From Octopus vulgaris (lineage: Eukaryota), in assembly GCA_951406725.2 (NCBI GenBank), contig OX597824.1, forward strand, positions 23,064,001 through 23,128,000: a stretch of DNA of 64,000 nt, read 5' to 3'. Positions 55,725 through 64,000 of the stretch are shown piece by piece. The notes below the pieces were generated by a model. The model saw only the letters and a program-made list of their open reading frames with translations, ran no database searches and had not been told where the DNA came from. Every line of letters starts with the position of its first letter. The stretch's first letter is position 1. The translations under genes and the position numbers were made by a program.

Positions 55725-56324
55725 TGTATGTATATCAGTGTGTGTATGTGTATTTATGTTTCCCTTGTGCTTGTACCTCAACACTCCCTGACAATTCCGT
55801 AACTTAGCGGCTCGGCATGTACCCCAGCATGGCCGTAGTCCAATGAGTGAAAGAAGTAAACGATAAAAGATTAAAGACATGTCTGTGTATCTGTGTTTGT
55901 GTCTGAGTATGTGTGTTTCCGCGTATATACGTGCATGTTTATGTGTATATGTGTGTATATGTGTATATGTGTGTATATGTGTGCATTTGTGTATATATAT
56001 GTGATTGTTTGTGTGTATATATGTGCATGTTTGGATGTATACATGTGCGTGTTTGGATGTATATATGTGCGTGTCTGTGTGTGTATATGTGCGTATTTGT
56101 ATGTATATATTTGTGCGGGATTTGTGGGTATATATGTACGTGTGTGTGTGTATACATGTACATGTGTTTGTGTATATATGTGAGTAATTGTGTGAAGATA
56201 TGTGCGTGTTACTTTGTATATACGTGCGTGTTTGAGTGTATATATGTGAGTACTTGTGCGTATACATGTGCGTACTTCTGTGTACATATGTGTGTGTTTG
56301 TGTGTATATATGTGCGTATTTTTG

Positions 56325-56580
56325 TGTACATATGTGATTATTTGGGTGTATATATACGTGCGTGTTTGTGTGTATATATGTGCGAATTTGTGTGTACATA
56401 TGTGATTATTTGGGTGTATATATACGTGCGTGTTTGTGTGTATATATGTGCGAATTTGCGTGTACATATGTGATTATTTGGGTGTATATATACATTCGTG
56501 TTTGTGCGTATATATGTGCGAATTTGTGTGTACATATGTGATTATTTGGGTGTATATATACGTGCGTGTTTGCGTGTATC
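56325..56580. repeat. 68-bp minisatellite, about 4 copies, at the end of a degenerate 22-24-bp array starting near 55900
   Basis: tgtacatatgtgattatttgggtg starts at 56325, 56393, 56461, 56529. Confidence 0.9.
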
Positions 56581-56884
56581 TGTGTGTACCTACACATGCG
56601 ACTTGACGTGTACGTTATTTTCACGGTTGGTTTCTTCCACATTCGCAAATAACAAAGCTTGCTAGCATTGTCACCTGACTTATTAACATGTTACATAATT
56701 TAGCAGCTGACTCACAGAATGTCCAACATTATTAGTACTTCAAGGTTTTGTAACCTCAAGAGTTAAGCTAGATTAGGGTCACTGCTTTAGTGGTTTAACG
56801 TTTCAATTCAATAAACGAAATTATACTGGCTGACCTGTTTACATTGTTTCATTTTATTATTATAGCTTTATAATAATAATGATG

Positions 56885-56915
<31 letters not shown>

Positions 56916-56934
56916 TAATAATAATAACAATAAC

Positions 56935-57138
56935 AAAAATACATAACAAAAACACCAGGACTTACAAACACATATAACATACAGAAAATTGCACTACTAG
57001 GCACTGCACACATCCTACGCAGAACACTTTCCATACAATAACCATCAGAGCATCACAACAAATCACAGCACATACCCAAGGCACACAGAGCTGTGCTCGG
57101 TAGTGAAGTGAAAGCACGCTATAAAAATAAAACTACTG

Positions 57139-57140
<2 letters not shown>
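56935..57140 (+). mobile_element. 3' end of an R4/Dong-like retrotransposon inside (AAT)n
   Basis: KYITKTPGLTNTYNIQKIALLGTAHILRRTLSIQ* (stop 57039-57041), the characteristic R4-clade C-terminus; AAT arrays on both sides. Confidence 0.85.
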
Positions 57141-57211
<71 letters not shown>

Positions 57212-57225
57212 TATTATTATTATTA

Positions 57226-57785
57226 GTATTGAGTGAGCGAGCAGTGCATGCCATCAAAGTGACACTGGGGTAAAATATACGAAGCCCAGTATACCCATCA
57301 TGACTACCCGTCTGATAAAGGTACGCCAGATACATGCATCACAACCACAAGTGCGCGACATACTGATCTCATATCAAGAAAAACAGCGCATGACCTTGCA
57401 GGTGGGGGCCCAGTTAGAATTTTCTTCTGGTCGAGTAGCCCAGCCCGCTCAAAAGGTCCCTGAATAAGGATTGTTTAAGGATGTTGAACGAACCACCCAT
57501 GTTTCCAGAGGTGAATTATCCCAAACTCTCAGAATTCCTTTCAACACACGGCCCTGATGCTCCCCCACTACTTCTGCTCGTGATCAGAGATGCACACATC
57601 GTCAGCCACTAAGAGACATGCTCAACTGGTTAAGGTCAAACAACTGACAAGCAAATCTGTGGTATTGAGCAGAATATTTGCTGCAGCCCATCTTTTATAC
57701 CAAGACAAAACAATGTAATGATAACACTTCCAATCAATTAAGATCAGAAGACATGAGAGCCACTACCTGGTACTGCATCAGGGCT
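57226..57785 (-). mobile_element. Non-coding element family E, longest copy (about 560 bp) inside (ATT)n
   Basis: Homologous to 12554-12851 and 40181-40262; flanked by ATT arrays. Confidence 0.85.
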
Positions 57786-57788
57786 ATC

Positions 57789-57949
<161 letters not shown>

Positions 57950-58102
57950 CATCATTATTATCATTATTATTATTCTGCCGACGTTTACTTTGCCTTTCAT
58001 CCCTTCGGGGTCGATAAAATAAGTACCAGTTGAGCACCCGAATCGATGTAATGGACTTACCCACTTCCCCGAAACTACTGGTCTTCTACCAATTTTTGAA
58101 CA

Positions 58103-58161
58103 TCTTCTTCTTCTTCTTCTTCTTCTTCTTCTTCTTCTTCTTCTTCTTCTTCTTCTTCTTC

Positions 58162-58193
<32 letters not shown>

Positions 58194-58558
58194 CGTCTTC
58201 TTCTTCTTTTTCTTCTTCGTCTTTTTCTTCTTCTTCTTCGTCTTTTTCTTCTTCTTCTTCTTCTTCTTCTTCTTCTTCTTCTTTTTCTTCTTCTTCTTCT
58301 TCTTCTTCTTCTTCTTCTTCTTCTTCTTCTTCTTCTTCTTCTTCTTCTCCTCCTCCTTCTTCTTCTTCTTCTTCTTCTTCTTCTTCTCCTTCTTCTTCTT
58401 CTCCTTCTTCTTCTTCTACTCCTCCTTCTTCTCCTTCTCCTTCTTCTTCTTCTTCTTCTTCTTCTTCTTCTTCTTCTTCTTCTTCTTCTCCTCCTCCTCC
58501 TCCTCCTCCTCCTCCTTCTTCTTCTTCTTCTTCTTCTTCTTCTTCTTCTTCTTCTTCT
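58103..58558. repeat. (TTC)n/(TCC)n polypyrimidine tract of about 455 bp
   Basis: Read directly. Confidence 0.97.
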
Positions 58559-58561
58559 GCT

Positions 58562-58732
58562 TCCGTTGGTGTGTTTATGTCCCCCGTCACTTAGAGGTTC
58601 GGCATCAAGAGAACGATAGAATAAGTACTACACTTTAGAAACAATAAGTCCTGGAGTCAATTTGTTCGACTAAAGGCGGTGCTCCAGCATGGCCGCAGTC
58701 AAATGACTGAAACAAATAAAAGAATAAAAGAG
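58562..58732 (+). mobile_element. SINE family A, 3' half
   Basis: Homology to other family A copies. Confidence 0.85.
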
Positions 58733-59070
58733 TATACATATACAGAGAAAGAGAGCGAGCAAGAGAGAAAGATGGTATATGAATGTGTTTGTGAGTGCAT
58801 ATGCGCATGCGTGTGCGTGATTGTGTGTGTGTCAATATACGTGTGTGTGTGTGCATACGAGCATGTAATATATATATAGTATTTTGTATGTATGCATGTA
58901 TGTATACATATATATGTATGCATGTATATGTATGTATACATACATATATATGTATATATATATATGCGTATATATATATATATATATAGTTATCTATCTG
59001 TCTGTCTCTCTGTCTCCCTCTCTCTCTCTCTCTCTGTATATATATATATATTATATATGTATGTATATAT

Positions 59071-59102
<32 letters not shown>

Positions 59103-59158
59103 GTACAAGGACATGATATATAGATGTGTTTGTGTGTGTATGTGCATATGTGTGTGTT

Positions 59159-59207
<49 letters not shown>

Positions 59208-59906
59208 CTGTGTATGTCACTATGCTTGCGTGCCCTTCCAATGCGTGCACATAGTGTATAATATATATATATACATTCATAATCTTTTCAATGACGTATA
59301 TTCCGTTTGAGAAATCTAGACATCTCACAAGATAATGTCATAACGCACGCACCGAAATGCGAACGCGCCGACACGCACATGCAAGAAGCCCATAGACACA
59401 CGGAGATACCTATATATATCCACCACCCAACACACCTGTACGAGCACGTACGCAAACACGCATACACCAGGCGCATACTCATTTATACAGACAAGTATGC
59501 CCTCAATTAAGTCAATACGCATGTCGGTCGGTACAAGAAAGTAGTAGCAGCAGCTAAGATTAACAAGTTACTAATTCAAATATAACCAATCAGGAAAGAT
59601 AATCCGGTTTATCACTTGACATGGATTGTGGACGGATGACGGAAGTCTGATCATATAGAAGGGTTGACTTAAATGTCAAGGTGCGTTATTTAAATGGTGT
59701 GTGTGTGTGTGGTGGTGGGGAATTACATATAAATCTATTTGAAACTGTAAAATTATGTGTCTGTAAGTGTGTGTGTGTGTGTGCATATATACATATATTT
59801 ATCCTTTCGGGATCGATAAATTAAGTACCAGTTGCGTACGGGGGTCGATCTAATCGATTAGCCCCTCCCCCAAAATTTCGGGACTTGTGCCTAGAATAGA
59901 AAAGTA

Positions 59907-59959
<53 letters not shown>

Positions 59960-60137
59960 CAAATTCCGCCGAGGTCAATGTTATCAACTGTCCCCCTCCC
60001 CCAAATTTCAGGCCTTGTGCCTATAGTAGAAAGAATATATATATATATACATGCATATATATATATACATATATATATATACATATACATACATATGCAT
60101 GTGTGTATACATATATATATACATACATATGCATGTG

Positions 60138-60222
<85 letters not shown>

Positions 60223-60924
60223 TATATATGTGTGTATTTGTGCGTGTGCGCGCAGAGGTTCAAATCCACAGTAATATTAATACATAATAAGGCGGCATTT
60301 CTTCGATCTTTATGTTCTGAGTTCAAATTCCGCCGAGGTCGAATTTTGCTGTCATTCTTTCAGGGTCGATAAAGTGAATGCTACTTGAGCAGTGGGGTTG
60401 ATATAATCAACATAATCCTTTTCCCAAATTTTGAAACCAATATCAGTACAGTACATAATTATGTACCCTAACATGACACAGCATGTTAATTCATAAATCA
60501 ATGTATGTGTGTATGTGTGTGTGTATGTATGTATGTATGTATGTATGTATGTATGTATGTATGTATGTATGTATGTATGTATGTATGAATGTATGTATGT
60601 ATGTATGTATGTATGAATGTATGTATGAATGTATGAATGTATGTATGTATGTATGTATGTATGTATGTATGTATGTATGTATGTACGTATGTATGTATGT
60701 ATCTATCTATCAGTGTATCAGTGTTCTGTCTGTGTGTGTGTGTGTGAGAGCGTGTGTTTTTAAGTATTCTCGAAATTAAATCCCCTTCTCATAGTCGAAC
60801 CCATTTACCACCGTACGATTGTGCCAACCTCCCTGCCAGCAGAGATAATTTCAATGAACTAAGGATTTATCTTGTAAGTTATTCAATGTACCCGTATTCG
60901 TTTTTGCTACTGCATGAAAGGCCG

Positions 60925-60992
<68 letters not shown>

Positions 60993-61254
60993 GTGTATTT
61001 CAGAAGTTATGGCCAGTCAGCGAGTGTCCATTGATTTCTCACCTATAAAATGCTTGGCCGTATAGGCTACTCGGCAGACTCAAATGGCCGTAGGAACATA
61101 ATCTCTCTACAACGGGAGGAAGAAAGACATCATGGGCAGATAGTCTTGTAAACAAATAGAATACATTCGGAATGGTTTTTCAGGCGGACGGGGTTCATTA
61201 CAGGAGTTCCATCTGTGACGATTTTCGAAGTTGTTATCGTGATTCTATTCGGCG

Positions 61255-61600
61255 AATGGGGAATTCCAAACTTGTAGCAAGAAACGTCTCAGATGAGGAC
61301 ATTGATTAAATACTTCTTTCCTGGAGTTTAAAAAGACCCTCGGGTCAAGCGAGTTTTTCAGGATATTTACTCTCTCTGCCAAGCAAAGCTTACATGGTTT
61401 GCTCCCATTTATACATCTCTCGGTTGTTCAAGAAGCTTCCATTTAATTATGTATTGGGTACTCTCTTCTTTTAAGCGCCATACGTGGCTAGACAGGAATG
61501 TGATGTTGCACCTTTCCGGAATCTTAAAAGAGGAGCTGTGGTTGTTCAGACGTTGCTTAAAAGGGCCCCCGGTTGCATCAACATATTTCCATGCCAGTGC
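61255..61600 (-). pseudogene. Penelope-like (Neptune-type) GIY-YIG endonuclease C-terminal remnant
   Basis: KYVDATGGPFKQRLNNHSSSFK...LSSHVWRLKE..YIIKWKLL, then after a frameshift GSKPCKLCLAERVNIL...LNSRKEVFNQCPH. Confidence 0.8.
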
Positions 61601-62046
61601 ACTGGGTGTGCTACAGCCGCTGATGTTTTTCCCATTAACTCTGGGCCTGTTGTTGCTATTGTTGCCGCAAATATTGCTGCTGTAGTCTCTGCCGTTGCTG
61701 CTTTCTGACTATATATATATATATGTGTGTGTGTGTGTGCGTGTGTGTGTGTATACATATACACGTACATACATATATATCTGTATTATGTGTGAGTGTG
61801 TGTGCGCGCGTTTGACTGCGTGTGTGTTTTTTTTTGTCGCCTTGGTAACCATACGAAAACCGGTATGGATAGTTTGTGCCCCTAATTTACCGGTTTCTAA
61901 TGAGAACTTGATAGAATAAACATCAAGGCTAAAAAGAAGAAAAAAAAACCTTCAGGGCATCAGTTTGTAGACCAAAACCTTCCAAATCTGTGCTCCAACA
62001 AGGCCGCAATCTCATGACTAAAACGTATAAAAGGCAAATATATACG

Positions 62047-62450
62047 TGCTGTGTGGTAAGTAGCTTGCTAACCAACCACATGGTTCCGGGTTCAGTACCA
62101 CTGCGTGGCATCTTGGGCAAGTGTCTTCTGCTATAGCCCCGGGCCGACCAATGCCTTGTGAGTGGATTTGGTAGACGGAAACTGAAAGAAGCCTGTCGTA
62201 TATATGTATATATATATATATAAGTGTGTGTGTATATGTTTGTGTGTCTGTGTATATCCCCCTAGCATTGCTTGACAACCGATGCTGGTGTGTTTACGTT
62301 CCCGTCACTTAGCAGTTCGGCAAAAGAGACCGAAAGAGTAAGTACTGGGCTTACGAAAGAATAAGACCTGGGGGTTCGATTTGCTCGACTAAAAGGCGGT
62401 GCTCCAGCATGGCCGCAGTCAAATGACTGAAACAAGTAAAAGAGAGAAAA
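62047..62450 (+). mobile_element. SINE family A, near full length
   Basis: Close to the reverse complement of 28246-28691. Confidence 0.92.
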
Positions 62451-62745
62451 ATAGAAAGAGTATATGTATAAATGTACATTTATGAGTCAGCGCGCGTGTG
62501 TGTGCTCGCGCGTGTGTGTGCTCGCACGCGCATGCGCTCCTGTCTGAGTGGGTCTACGTGCGCAGCTGCGTGTACATGGCACATAATCATGCTCAGTATT
62601 TAGTGGTTGGTACGTCTGCGTCTTCCTATGCTGCAATATTCTCTTCCCGTTGAATATATGTAATAGTCATGAACGTTGCAATACCCACTCTCGTACTACA
62701 CGCGAACACGCCCGGGCGCGCGAGCGTGCGAGCTCAGACAGTCAT

Positions 62746-62796
<51 letters not shown>

Positions 62797-62833
62797 GCAT
62801 ATATATATTTCTGTGTGTGTACATACATGTATG

Positions 62834-62917
<84 letters not shown>

Positions 62918-62965
62918 GTATACATATATATACATATATATATATATATATCTATATATATATAC

Positions 62966-63014
<49 letters not shown>

Positions 63015-63052
63015 CATATATATATGTATACATATACATATATATATATATG

Positions 63053-63088
<36 letters not shown>

Positions 63089-63238
63089 TATGTGTTTGCT
63101 TGTGTGTGTGTGTATGTATATATGTATGCACGAATGTATGTATGCATGCATGCATGTATACATATATATGTATGTACATATACATACATATACACAAATA
63201 CAAACATACATATACACAAATACATACATACGTATATA

Positions 63239-63280
<42 letters not shown>

Positions 63281-63307
63281 CATATACATATACACACATA
63301 CACATAC

Positions 63308-63346
<39 letters not shown>

Positions 63347-63377
63347 CGTATAAACAGAATATGCATACATATATTAC

Positions 63378-63414
<37 letters not shown>

Positions 63415-63594
63415 AACACAAATACAGACACACAAACACAAACCCACACACATACACACATACATACATACATACAAACATATATACATACAGTCACGTA
63501 CAATCACGCGAGTAAATCGCGTAAACACATAAGAGATAAATACACACGTTCGCATACACGGTCATACACTAACACGCAACCAAACACTCACACA

Positions 63595-63645
<51 letters not shown>

Positions 63646-64000
63646 GCGCGCGCACACACACACACACACACACGTTTCAGATGCATCGACGACGCTCCCG
63701 CCATAACATGTAATAAAAGAGAATTAGCTACTCCGCGCTAAAAATCTGCTGATATGCAAATCAAGTCGACCGACAATTTGTTGCATCTGCAACAGCAAAC
63801 ATGTTACCACTTGTACCAGCAGACTGCAGCCAACTTTCTGCACAATCAATTTACTTGTATATGTTCATATAATTTCATGCAGCTAGATGTGCAGTAATGT
63901 GCAGACTGTAGGTCACCGTGCTTCTGTTACCAATAAAAGCTGCATCCTCTCTCTCTCTCTCTCTCTGTTCTCTCTTCCTGCACGTCTTCCTGCATGACTA

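Noticed and set aside
56325-56580. Regular repeats resembling a CRISPR array (also 46462-46515)
   Set aside because: No unique spacers, no cas genes, eukaryotic context.
58075-58590. Poly-Glu ORF starting with Met
   Set aside because: (GAA)n tract whose start lies in a SINE A fragment.

Overview
Eukaryotic, AT-rich, extremely microsatellite-dense non-coding DNA (intergenic or intronic). The SINE families and repeat content suggest an octopus or other coleoid cephalopod (inference). I find no intact host protein-coding gene; nearly all ORFs in the supplied track are translations of (TA)n, (TACA)n, (CTAT)n, (AAT)n, (TTC)n or (GGT)n repeats. The interpretable content is transposable elements: four tRNA-derived SINE families, three non-autonomous Helitrons, decayed DNA transposons (mariner, two maT/DD37D-like, one Chapaev3-like) and non-LTR fragments (Tx1-like, RTE, R4/Dong-like, Penelope/Neptune-like). 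The most notable patterns are: (i) retroelement groups partitioned by microsatellite type, with Tx1-like in (CTAT)n, Dong-like plus a non-coding partner in (AAT)n, and Penelope-type cassettes in (TA)n; (ii) several minimal hammerhead ribozyme motifs, some with non-canonical cores; (iii) a twin-priming-like inverted RTE; (iv) chimeric Helitrons; (v) a locally templated insertion that disrupts a transposase.
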